From the human T2T-CHM13v2.0 reference genome, Homo sapiens, in NCBI RefSeq assembly GCF_009914755.1, contig NC_060939.1: a stretch of DNA of 64,000 nucleotides, one strand, 5' to 3'. Below, piece by piece: positions 52,664 through 64,000 of this stretch. Below the pieces are notes generated by a model. The model did not search any database. It was given only the letters and a program-made list of their open reading frames with translations, and was not told where the DNA came from. How positions within the stretch are numbered: position 1 is the stretch's first letter; each line of letters starts with the position of its first letter. The position numbers and the translations under genes were made by a program.

Positions 52664-55600
52664 CACCGTAGGCCTCAAAGCGCTCCAAATGTCCACTTCC
52701 ACATACTACAAAAAGAGTGTTTCAAACCTGCTCTATGATAGGGAATGTTGAAACCTATGAGTTGAATGCAAGCATTACAAAGAGGTTTCTGAGAATGCTT
52801 CTGTCTAGATTTTATATGTAGATATTCCCGTTTCCAACGAAATCCTCAAAGCTATCCAAATATCAGCTTGCAGATTCTGCAAAAGGAATGTTTCCAAAAT
52901 GCTGTATCCAAACAAAGGTTCAACTCTGTGAATTGAGGGCATACATCACAAAGAAGATTCTGAGAATGCTTCTGTCTAGATTTTATATGAAAATATTCCC
53001 GTTTCCAACGAAATCCTCAAAGCTATCCAAATATCCACTTGCAAATGCCACAAAAAGAGTGTTTCCAAACTGCTCTGTGAAAAGGAAGGTTCAACTCTGT
53101 TAGTTGAGTACACACATCACAAAGAGGTTTCTGAGAATGCTGCTGACTAGTTTTTATTTGAAGATATTTCCCTTTTCACCTTAGGCCTAAGAGTGCTCGA
53201 AATGTCCATTTCCACATACTCCACAAAGTGTGTTTCAAACGTGCTGTATGAAAGGGAATGTTCAACTCTATGAGTTGAATGCAAACATCACAAAGAAGAT
53301 TCTGAGAATGCTTTTGTCTAGATTTTATATGAAGATATTCCCGTGTCCAACGAAATTTTCAAAGGTCTCCAAATATCCATTTGTAGATTCTACAAAAAGA
53401 GTGTTTCCAAACTGCTGTATCAAAACAAAGGTTGAACTCTGTGAGTTGAGGACACACATCACAAATAAGTTTCTGAGAATGCTTCTGTCTAGTTTTTATT
53501 TGAAGATGTTTCCTTTTTCACCATAGGCCTGAAAGCGCTCGAAATGTCCACTTCCAGATAGTACAGAAAGAGTGTTTCAAACCTGCTCTATGAACGGGAA
53601 TGTTCAGCTCTGTGAGTTGAATGCAAACATCACAAAGCAGGTTCTGAGAATGCTTCCGTCTAGATTTTAAATGAGGATATTCCCGTTTCCAACGAAATCC
53701 TCGAAGCTATCCAAATATCCACTTGCAGATTCCACAAAAAGAGTGTTTCAAAACTGCTCTGTCAAAAGATAGGTTCAACTCTGTTAGTTGAGTACACACA
53801 TGGCAAACAAGATTGCGAGAATGCTTTCGTCTAGTTTTTTTGGGAAGATATTTCCTTCTTCACCATAGGCCTCAAAGCGCTCCAAATATCCATTTCCACA
53901 TGCTATACAAAGAGTGTCTCAAACCTGCTGTATGAATGGGAATGTTCAACTCTATGAGTTGAATGCAAACATCACAAAGAAGTTTCTGAGAATGCTGCTG
54001 TCTAGATTTTATATGAAGGTTTTCCCGCTTCCAACGAAATTTTCAATGCTCTCAAAATATCCTCTTGTAGATTCTACAAAAAGAGTGTTTCCAAACTGCT
54101 GTATCAAAACAAAGGTTCATCTCTGTTAGTTGAGGACACACATCACAAATAAGTTTCTGAGAATGCTTCTGTCTAGTTCTTATTTGAAGACATTTCCTTT
54201 CTCACCTTAGGCCTGAAAGCGCTCGAAATACCCACTTCCAGATACTACAGAAACAGTGATTCAAACCTGCTCTATGAAAGGGAATGTTCAACTAGGTGAC
54301 TTGAATGCAAACATCACAAAGCAGTTTCTGAGAATGCTGCTGTCTACTTTCTATTTGTAATCCCGTTTCCAACGAAATCCTCAGAACTATCGAAATTTCC
54401 AATTGCAGATTCCACAGAAACAGGGTTTCAAAGCTGCTCTGTAAAAAGAAAGGTTCAACTCTGTTAGTTGAATACACACGTCACAAACAAGTTTCTGAGA
54501 ATGCTTCTGTCTAGTTTTTATGGGAAGATATTTCCTTTTTCACCGTAGGCCTCAAAGCGCTCCAAATGTCCACGTCCACATACTACAAAAAGAGTGTTTC
54601 AAACCTGCTGTATGAAAGGGAATGTTCAACTCTATGAGTTGAATGCAAACATTACAAAGAAGTTTCTGAGAATGCTTCTGTCTAGATTTTATATGAAGGT
54701 TTTCCCGTTTCCAACGAAATTTTCAATGCTCTCAAAATATCCACTTGTAGATTCTACAAAAAGAGTGTTTCCAAACTGCTGTGTCAAAAGAAAGGTTCAA
54801 CTCTGTTAGTTGAGGACACACATCACAAATAAGTTTCTGAGAATGCTTCTGTCTAGTTCTTATTTGAAGACATTTCCTTTCTCACCTTAGGCCTGAAAAC
54901 GCTCGAAATATCCACTTCCAGATACGACAGAAACAGTGATTCAAACCTGCTCTATGAAAGGGAATGTTCAACTAGGTGACTTGAATGCAAACATCACAAA
55001 GCAGTTTCTGAGAATGCTGCTGTCTACTTTCTATTTGTAATCCCGTTTCCAACGAAATCCTCAGAACTATCGAAATTTCCAATTGCAGATTCCACAAAAA
55101 GCGTGTTTCAAAGCTGCTCTGTAAAAAGAAAGGTTCAACTCTGTTAGTTGAATACACACGTCACAAACAAGTTTCTGAGAATGCTTCTGTCTAGTTTTTA
55201 TGGGAAGATATTTCCTTTTTCACCGTAGGCCTCAAAGCGCTCCAAATGTCCACTTCCACATACTACAAAAAGAGTGTTTCAAACCTGCTCTATGATAGGG
55301 AATGTTGAAACCTATGAGTTGAATGCAAGCATTACAAAGAGGTTTCTGAGAATGCTTCTGTCTAGATTTTATATGTAGATATTCCCGTTTCCAACGAAAT
55401 CCTCAAAGCTATCCAAATATCAACTTGCAGATTCTACAAAAGGAATGTTTCCAAAATGCTGTATCCAAACAAAGGTTCAACTCTGTGAATTGAGGGCATA
55501 CATCACAAAGAAGATTCTGAGAATGCTTCTGTCTAGATTTTATATGAAAATATTCCCGTTTCCAACGAAATCCTCAAAGCTATCCAAATATCCACTTGCA

Positions 55601-58600
55601 AATGCCACAAAAAGAGTGTTTCCAAACTGCTCTGTGAAAAGGAAGGTTCAACTCTGTTAGTTGAGTACACACATCACAAAGAGGTTTCTGAGAATGCTGC
55701 TGACTAGTTTTTATTTGAAGATATTTCCCTTTTCACCTTAGGCCTAAGAGTGCTCGAAATGTCCATTTCCACATACTCCACAAAGTGTGTTTCAAACGTG
55801 CTGTATGAAAGGGAATGTTCAACTCTATGAGTTGAATGCAAACATCACAAAGAAGACTCTGAGAATGCTTTTGTCTAGATTTTATATGAAGATATTCCCG
55901 TGTCCAACGAAATTTTCAAAGGTCTCCAAATATCCATTTGTAGATTCTACAAAAAGAGTGTTTCCAAACTGCTGTATCAAAACAAAGGTTGAACTCTGTG
56001 AGTTGAGGACACACATCACAAATAAGTTTCTGAGAATGCTTCTGTCTAGTTTTTATTTGAAGATGTTTCCTTTTTCACCATAGGCCTGAAAGCGCTCGAA
56101 ATGTCCACTTCCAGATAGTACAGAAAGAGTGTTTCAAACCTGCTCTATGAACGGGAATGTTCAGCTCTGTGAGTTGAATGCAAACATCAGAAAGCAGGTT
56201 CTGAGAATGCTTCCGTCTAGATTTTAAATGAGGATATTCCCGTTTCCAACGAAATCCTCGAAGCTATCCAAATATCCACTTGCAGATTCCACAAAAAGAG
56301 TGTTTCAAAACTGCTCTGTCAAAAGATAGGTTCAACTCTGTTAGTTGAGTACACACATGGCAAACAAGATTGCGAGAATGCTTTCGTCTAGTTTTTTTGG
56401 GAAGATATTTCCTTCTTCACCATAGGCCTCAAAGCGCTCCAAATATCCATTTCCACATGCTATACAAAGAGTGTCTCAAACCTGCTGTATGAATGGGAAT
56501 GTTCAACTCTATGAGTTGAATGCAAACATCACAAAGAAGTTTCTGAGAATGCTGCTGTCTAGATTTTATATGAAGGTTTTCCCGCTTCCAACGAAATTTT
56601 CAATGCTCTCAAAATATCCTCTTGTAGATTCTACAAAAAGAGTGTTTCCAAACTGCTGTATCAAAACAAAGGTTCATCTCTGTTAGTTGAGGACACACAT
56701 CACAAATAAGTTTCTGAGAATGCTTCTGTCTAGTTCTTATTTGAAGACATTTCCTTTCTCACCTTAGGCCTGAAAGCGCTCGAAATACCCACTTCCAGAT
56801 ACTACAGAAACAGTGATTCAAACCTGCTCTATGAAAGGGAATGTTCAACTAGGTGACTTGAATGCAAACATCACAAAGCAGTTTCTGAGAATGCTGCTGT
56901 CTACTTTCTATTTGTAATCCCGTTTCCAACGAAATCCTCAGAACTATCGAAATTTCCAATTGCAGATTCCACAGAAACAGGGTTTCAAAGCTGCTCTGTA
57001 AAAAGAAAGGTTCAACTCTGTTAGTTGAATACACACGTCACAAACAAGTTTCTGAGAATGCTTCTGTCTAGTTTTTATGGGAAGATATTTCCTTTTTCAC
57101 CGTAGGCCTCAAAGCGCTCCAAATGTCCACGTCCACATACTACAAAAAGAGTGTTTCAAACCTGCTGTATGAAAGGGAATGTTCAACTCTATGAGTTGAA
57201 TGCAAACATTACAAAGAAGTTTCTGAGAATGCTTCTGTCTAGATTTTATATGAAGGTTTTCCCGTTTCCAACGAAATTTTCAATGCTCTCAAAATATCCA
57301 CTTGTAGATTCTACAAAAAGAGTGTTTCCAAACTGCTGTGTCAAAAGAAAGGTTCAACTCTGTTAGTTGAGGACACACATCACAAATAAGTTTCTGAGAA
57401 TGCTTCTGTCTAGTTCTTATTTGAAGACATTTCCTTTCTCACCTTAGGCCTGAAAACGCTCGAAATATCCACTTCCAGATACGACAGAAACAGTGATTCA
57501 AACCTGCTCTATGAAAGGGAATGTTCAACTAGGTGACTTGAATGCAAACATCACAAAGCAGTTTCTGAGAATGCTGCTGTCTACTTTCTATTTGTAATCC
57601 CGTTTCCAACGAAATCCTCAGAACTATCGAAATTTCCAATTGCAGATTCCACAGAAACAGGGTTTCAAAGCTGCTCTGTAAAAAGAAAGGTTCAACTCTG
57701 TTAGTTGAATACACACGTCACAAACAAGTTTCTGAGAATGCTTCTGTCTAGTTTTTATGGGAAGATATTTCCTTTTTCACGGTAGGCCTCAAAGCGCTCC
57801 AAATGTCCACTTCCACATACTACAAAAAGAGTGTTTCAAACCTGCTCTATGATAGGGAATGTTGAAACCTATGAGTTGAATGCAAGCATTACAAAGAGGT
57901 TTCTGAGAATGCTTCTGTCTAGATTTTATATGTAGATATTCCCGTTTCCAACGAAATCCTCAAAGCTATCCAAATATCAACTTGCAGATTCTACAAAAGG
58001 AATGTTTCCAAAATGCTGTATCCAAACAAAGGTTCAACTCTGTGAATTGAGGGCATACATCACAAAGAAGATTCTGAGAATGCTTCTGTCTAGATTTTAT
58101 ATGAAAATATTCCCGTTTCCAACGAAATCCTCAAAGCTATCCAAATATCCACTTGCAAATGCCACAAAAAGAGTGTTTCCAAACTGCTCTGTGAAAAGGA
58201 AGGTTCAACTCTGTTAGTTGAGTACACACATCACAAAGAGGTTTCTGAGAATGCTGCTGACTAGTTTTTATTTGAAGATATTTCCCTTTTCACCTTAGGC
58301 CTAAGAGTGCTCGAAATGTCCATTTCCACATACTCCACAAAGTGTGTTTCAAACGTGCTGTATGAAAGGGAATGTTCAACTCTATGAGTTGAATGCAAAC
58401 ATCACAAAGAAGACTCTGAGAATGCTTTTGTCTAGATTTTATATGAAGATATTCCCGTGTCCAACGAAATTTTCAAAGGTCTCCAAATATCCATTTGTAG
58501 ATTCTACAAAAAGAGTGTTTCCAAACTGCTGTATCAAAACAAAGGTTGAACTCTGTGAGTTGAGGACACACATCACAAATAAGTTTCTGAGAATGCTTCT

Positions 58601-61600
58601 GTCTAGTTTTTATTTGAAGATGTTTCCTTTTTCACCATAGGCCTGAAAGCGCTCGAAATGTCCACTTCCAGATAGTACAGAAAGAGTGTTTCAAACCTGC
58701 TCTATGAACGGGAATGTTCAGCTCTGTGAGTTGAATGCAAACATCACAAAGCAGGTTCTGAGAATGCTTCCGTCTAGATTTTAAATGAGGATATTCCCGT
58801 TTCCAACGAAATCCTCGAAGCTATCCAAATATCCACTTGCAGATTCCACAAAAAGAGTGTTTCAAAACTGCTCTGTCAAAAGATAGGTTCAACTCTGTTA
58901 GTTGAGTACACACATGGCAAACAAGATTCCGAGAATGCTTTCGTCTAGTTTTTTTGGGAAGATATTTCCTTCTTCACCATAGGCCTCAAAGCGCTCCAAA
59001 TATCCATTTCCACATGCTATACAAAGAGTGTCTCAAACCTGCTGTATGAATGGGAATGTTCAACTCTATGAGTTGAATGCAAACATCACAAAGAAGTTTC
59101 TGAGAATGCTGCTGTCTAGATTTTATATGAAGGTTTTCCCGCTTCCAACGAAATTTTCAATGCTCTCAAAATATCCTCTTGTAGATTCTACAAAAAGAGT
59201 GTTTCCAAACTGCTGTATCAAAACAAAGGTTCATCTCTGTTAGTTGAGGACACACATCACAAATAAGTTTCTGAGAATGCTTCTGTCTAGTTCTTATTTG
59301 AAGACATTTCCTTTCTCACCTTAGGCCTGAAAGCGCTCGAAATACCCACTTCCAGATACTACAGAAACAGTGATTCAAACCTGCTCTATGAAAGGGAATG
59401 TTCAACTAGGTGACTTGAATGCAAACATCACAAAGCAGTTTCTGAGAATGCTGCTGTCTACTTTCTATTTGTAATCCCGTTTCCAACGAAATCCTCAGAA
59501 CTATCGAAATTTCCAATTGCAGATTCCACAGAAACAGGGTTTCAAAGCTGCTCTGTAAAAAGAAAGGTTCAACTCTGTTAGTTGAATACACACGTCACAA
59601 ACAAGTTTCTGAGAATGCTTCTGTCTAGTTTTTATGGGAAGATATTTCCTTTTTCACCGTAGGCCTCAAAGCGCTCCAAATGTCCACGTCCACATACTAC
59701 AAAAAGAGTGTTTCAAACCTGCTGTATGAAAGGGAATGTTCAACTCTATGAGTTGAATGCAAACATTACAAAGAAGTTTCTGAGAATGCTTCTGTCTAGA
59801 TTTTATATGAAGGTTTTCCCGTTTCCAACGAAATTTTCAATGCTCTCAAAATATCCACTTGTAGATTCTACAAAAAGAGTGTTTCCAAACTGCTGTGTCA
59901 AAAGAAAGGTTCAACTCTGTTAGTTGAGGACACACATCACAAATAAGTTTCTGAGAATGCTTCTGTCTAGTTCTTATTTGAAGACATTTCCTTTCTCACC
60001 TTAGGCCTGAAAACGCTCGAAATATCCACTTCCAGATACGACAGAAACAGTGATTCAAACCTGCTCTATGAAAGGGAATGTTCAACTAGGTGACTTGAAT
60101 GCAAACATCACAAAGCAGTTTCTGAGAATGCTGCTGTCTACTTTCTATTTGTAATCCCGTTTCCAACGAAATCCTCAGAACTATCGAAATTTCCAATTGC
60201 AGATTCCACAAAAAGCGTGTTTCAAAGCTGCTCTGTAAAAAGAAAGGTTCAACTCTGTTAGTTGAATACACACGTCACAAACAAGTTTCTGAGAATGCTT
60301 CTGTCTAGTTTTTATGGGAAGATATTTCCTTTTTCACCGTAGGCCTCAAAGCGCTCCAAATGTCCACTTCCACATACTACAAAAAGAGTGTTTCAAACCT
60401 GCTCTATGATAGGGAATGTTGAAACCTATGAGTTGAATGCAAGCATTACAAAGAGGTTTCTGAGAATGCTTCTGTCTAGATTTTATATGTAGATATTCCC
60501 GTTTCCAACGAAATCCTCAAAGCTATCCAAATATCAACTTGCAGATTCTACAAAAGGAATGTTTCCAAAATGCTGTATCCAAACAAAGGTTCAACTCTGT
60601 GAATTGAGGGCATACATCACAAAGAAGATTCTGAGAATGCTTCTGTCTAGATTTTATATGAAAATATTCCCGTTTCCAACGAAATCCTCAAAGCTATCCA
60701 AATATCCACTTGCAAATGCCACAAAAAGAGTGTTTCCAAACTGCTCTGTGAAAAGGAAGGTTCAACTCTGTTAGTTGAGTACACACATCACAAAGAGGTT
60801 TCTGAGAATGCTGCTGACTAGTTTTTATTTGAAGATATTTCCCTTTTCACCTTAGGCCTAAGAGTGCTCGAAATGTCCATTTCCACATACTCCACAAAGT
60901 GTGTTTCAAACGTGCTGTATGAAAGGGAATGTTCAACTCTATGAGTTGAATGCAAACATCACAAAGAAGACTCTGAGAATGCTTTTGTCTAGATTTTATA
61001 TGAAGATATTCCCGTGTCCAACGAAATTTTCAAAGGTCTCCAAATATCCATTTGTAGATTCTACAAAAAGAGTGTTTCCAAACTGCTGTATCAAAACAAA
61101 GGTTGAACTCTGTGAGTTGAGGACACACATCACAAATAAGTTTCTGAGAATGCTTCTGTCTAGTTTTTATTTGAAGATGTTTCCTTTTTCACCATAGGCC
61201 TGAAAGCGCTCGAAATGTCCACTTCCAGATAGTACAGAAAGAGTGTTTCAAACCTGCTCTATGAACGGGAATGTTCAGCTCTGTGAGTTGAATGCAAACA
61301 TCACAAAGCAGGTTCTGAGAATGCTTCCGTCTAGATTTTAAATGAGGATATTCCCGTTTCCAACGAAATCCTCGAAGCTATCCAAATATCCACTTGCAGA
61401 TTCCACAAAAAGAGTGTTTCAAAACTGCTCTGTCAAAAGATAGGTTCAACTCTGTTAGTTGAGTACACACATGGCAAACAAGATTGCGAGAATGCTTTCG
61501 TCTAGTTTTTTTGGGAAGATATTTCCTTCTTCACCATAGGCCTCAAAGCGCTCCAAATATCCATTTCCACATGCTATACAAAGAGTGTCTCAAACCTGCT

Positions 61601-64000
61601 GTATGAATGGGAATGTTCAACTCTATGAGTTGAATGCAAACATCACAAAGAAGTTTCTGAGAATGCTGCTGTCTAGATTTTATATGAAGGTTTTCCCGCT
61701 TCCAACGAAATTTTCAATGCTCTCAAAATATCCTCTTGTAGATTCTACAAAAAGAGTGTTTCCAAACTGCTGTATCAAAACAAAGGTTCATCTCTGTTAG
61801 TTGAGGACACACATCACAAATAAGTTTCTGAGAATGCTTCTGTCTAGTTCTTATTTGAAGACATTTCCTTTCTCACCTTAGGCCTGAAAGCGCTCGAAAT
61901 ACCCACTTCCAGATACTACAGAAACAGTGATTCAAACCTGCTCTATGAAAGGGAATGTTCAACTAGGTGACTTGAATGCAAACATCACAAAGCAGTTTCT
62001 GAGAATGCTGCTGTCTACTTTCTATTTGTAATCCCGTTTCCAACGAAATCCTCAGAACTATCGAAATTTCCAATTGCAGATTCCACAGAAACAGGGTTTC
62101 AAAGCTGCTCTGTAAAAAGAAAGGTTCAACTCTGTTAGTTGAATACACACGTCACAAACAAGTTTCTGAGAATGCTTCTGTCTAGTTTTTATGGGAAGAT
62201 ATTTCCTTTTTCACCGTAGGCCTCAAAGCGCTCCAAATGTCCACGTCCACATACTACAAAAAGAGTGTTTCAAACCTGCTGTATGAAAGGGAATGTTCAA
62301 CTCTATGAGTTGAATGCAAACATTACAAAGAAGTTTCTGAGAATGCTTCTGTCTAGATTTTATATGAAGGTTTTCCCGTTTCCAACGAAATTTTCAATGC
62401 TCTCAAAATATCCACTTGTAGATTCTACAAAAAGAGTGTTTCCAAACTGCTGTGTCAAAAGAAAGGTTCAACTCTGTTAGTTGAGGACACACATCACAAA
62501 TAAGTTTCTGAGAATGCTTCTGTCTAGTTCTTATTTGAAGACATTTCCTTTCTCACCTTAGGCCTGAAAACGCTCGAAATATCCACTTCCAGATACGACA
62601 GAAACAGTGATTCAAACCTGCTCTATGAAAGGGAATGTTCAACTAGGTGACTTGAATGCAAACATCACAAAGCAGTTTCTGAGAATGCTGCTGTCTACTT
62701 TCTATTTGTAATCCCATTTCCAACGAAATCCTCAGAACTATCGAAATTTCCAATTGCAGATTCCACAAAAAGCGTGTTTCAAAGCTGCTCTGTAAAAAGA
62801 AAGGTTCAACTCTGTTAGTTGAATACACACGTCACAAACAAGTTTCTGAGAATGCTTCTGTCTAGTTTTTATGGGAAGATATTTCCTTTTTCACCGTAGG
62901 CCTCAAAGCGCTCCAAATGTCCACTTCCACATACTACAAAAAGAGTGTTTCAAACCTGCTCTATGATAGGGAATGTTGAAACCTATGAGTTGAATGCAAG
63001 CATTACAAAGAGGTTTCTGAGAATGCTTCTGTCTAGATTTTATATGTAGATATTCCCGTTTCCAACGAAATCCTCAAAGCTATCCAAATATCAACTTGCA
63101 GATTCTACAAAAGGAATGTTTCCAAAATGCTGTATCCAAACAAAGGTTCAACTCTGTGAATTGAGGGCATACATCACAAAGAAGATTCTGAGAATGCTTC
63201 TGTCTAGATTTTATATGAAAATATTCCCGTTTCCAACGAAATCCTCAAAGCTATCCAAATATCCACTTGCAAATGCCACAAAAAGAGTGTTTCCAAACTG
63301 CTCTGTGAAAAGGAAGGTTCAACTCTGTTAGTTGAGTACACACATCACAAAGAGGTTTCTGAGAATGCTGCTGACTAGTTTTTATTTGAAGATATTTCCC
63401 TTTTCACCTTAGGCCTAAGAGTGCTCGAAATGTCCATTTCCACATACTCCACAAAGTGTGTTTCAAACGTGCTGTATGAAAGGGAATGTTCAACTCTATG
63501 AGTTGAATGCAAACATCACAAAGAAGACTCTGAGAATGCTTTTGTCTAGATTTTATATGAAGATATTCCCGTGTCCAACGAAATTTTCAAAGGTCTCCAA
63601 ATATCCATTTGTAGATTCTACAAAAAGAGTGTTTCCAAACTGCTGTATCAAAACAAAGGTTGAACTCTGTGAGTTGAGGACACACATCACAAATAAGTTT
63701 CTGAGAATGCTTCTGTCTAGTTTTTATTTGAAGATGTTTCCTTTTTCACCATAGGCCTGAAAGCGCTCGAAATGTCCACTTCCAGATAGTACAGAAAGAG
63801 TGTTTCAAACCTGCTCTATGAACGGGAATGTTCAGCTCTGTGAGTTGAATGCAAACATCACAAAGCAGGTTCTGAGAATGCTTCCGTCTAGATTTTAAAT
63901 GAGGATATTCCCGTTTCCAACGAAATCCTCGAAGCTATCCAAATATCCACTTGCAGATTCCACAAAAAGAGTGTTTCAAAACTGCTCTGTCAAAAGATAG
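52664..64000 (-). repeat. Four 15-mer HOR copies (U20-U23) plus a partial copy (U24, from 62892)
   Basis: Markers at 52888, 55445, 58002, 60559 and 63116, each 2557 bp apart. Confidence 0.93.

Larger units (their letters stand above)
1..64000 (-). repeat. Centromeric alpha-satellite higher-order repeat array (SF2-like dimeric type; best guess human chr15 D15Z3)
   Basis: Tandem ~171-bp monomers with alphoid hallmarks (tttctgagaatgct, aaaggttcaactctgt, gagtgtttcaaa). CENP-B boxes and pJ-alpha boxes alternate. HOR copies start at 1, 2558, 5795, 8352, 10909, 14146, 16703, 19260, 22497, 25054, 28291, 30848, 33405, 35962, 38519, 41076, 44313, 46870, 49427, 52664, 55221, 57778, 60335 and 62892 (phase chosen arbitrarily at base 1). 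The alpha-satellite call is essentially certain. The chromosome assignment (~0.65) rests on the recalled 1877-bp 11-mer and ~2.5-kb 15-mer sizes of D15Z3. Confidence 0.99.

Noticed and set aside
1-62891. The S/L order as a coded or quasi-periodic (Fibonacci-like) pattern
   Set aside because: The order is explained adequately by overlapping segmental duplications, and the regularity breaks down after U10.
225-63754. Over 100 short ORFs (61-98 aa; MFPKCC..., MFQTCC..., MSQTCC..., MYSTNR...) recurring throughout
   Set aside because: They are chance open frames in alpha-satellite monomers. Many start at GTG, they have internal 57-aa (171-bp) periodicity, and they show no recognisable domain or gene structure. 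They were useful only as positional and SNV markers.
1-64000. CRISPR-like or other repeat-spacer system
   Set aside because: The sequence between the conserved motifs is itself homologous monomer sequence repeated in every HOR. There are no unique spacers, no leader and no cas or RT genes.
1-64000. Transposon (L1/Alu) insertion, inversion or non-satellite island
   Set aside because: Unit spacings are exactly 2557 or 3237 bp throughout, leaving no room for an insertion. CENP-B boxes stay on the same strand.

Overview
The whole 64 kb window is one uninterrupted, single-orientation array of primate (almost certainly human) centromeric alpha-satellite DNA. It is built from ~171-bp monomers organised as a highly homogeneous higher-order repeat (HOR), with CENP-B boxes on the - strand in roughly alternate monomers. 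It holds 23 complete HOR copies plus a partial one, in two exact lengths: a 2557-bp 15-mer (S, 17 copies) and a 3237-bp 19-mer (L, 6 copies), in the order S L S S L S S L S L S S S S S L S S L S S S S. Both are a 1877-bp 11-mer frame plus one or two extra copies of a 680-bp 4-mer. From my recollection of published HOR sizes this best fits the SF2 array D15Z3 on chromosome 15, which I have not verified. There are no genes, transposons or CRISPR arrays; the ORF track is an artefact of the repeat. I found no new biological system. The interesting signal is the array's internal history, read by eye from SNVs: two independently derived 19-mers, a probable 19-to-15-mer collapse, multi-HOR duplications (periods 8351, 5794 and 5114 bp), a dispersed ~8.1-kb copy 30 kb away, and three classes of CENP-B-box-inactivating mutation.
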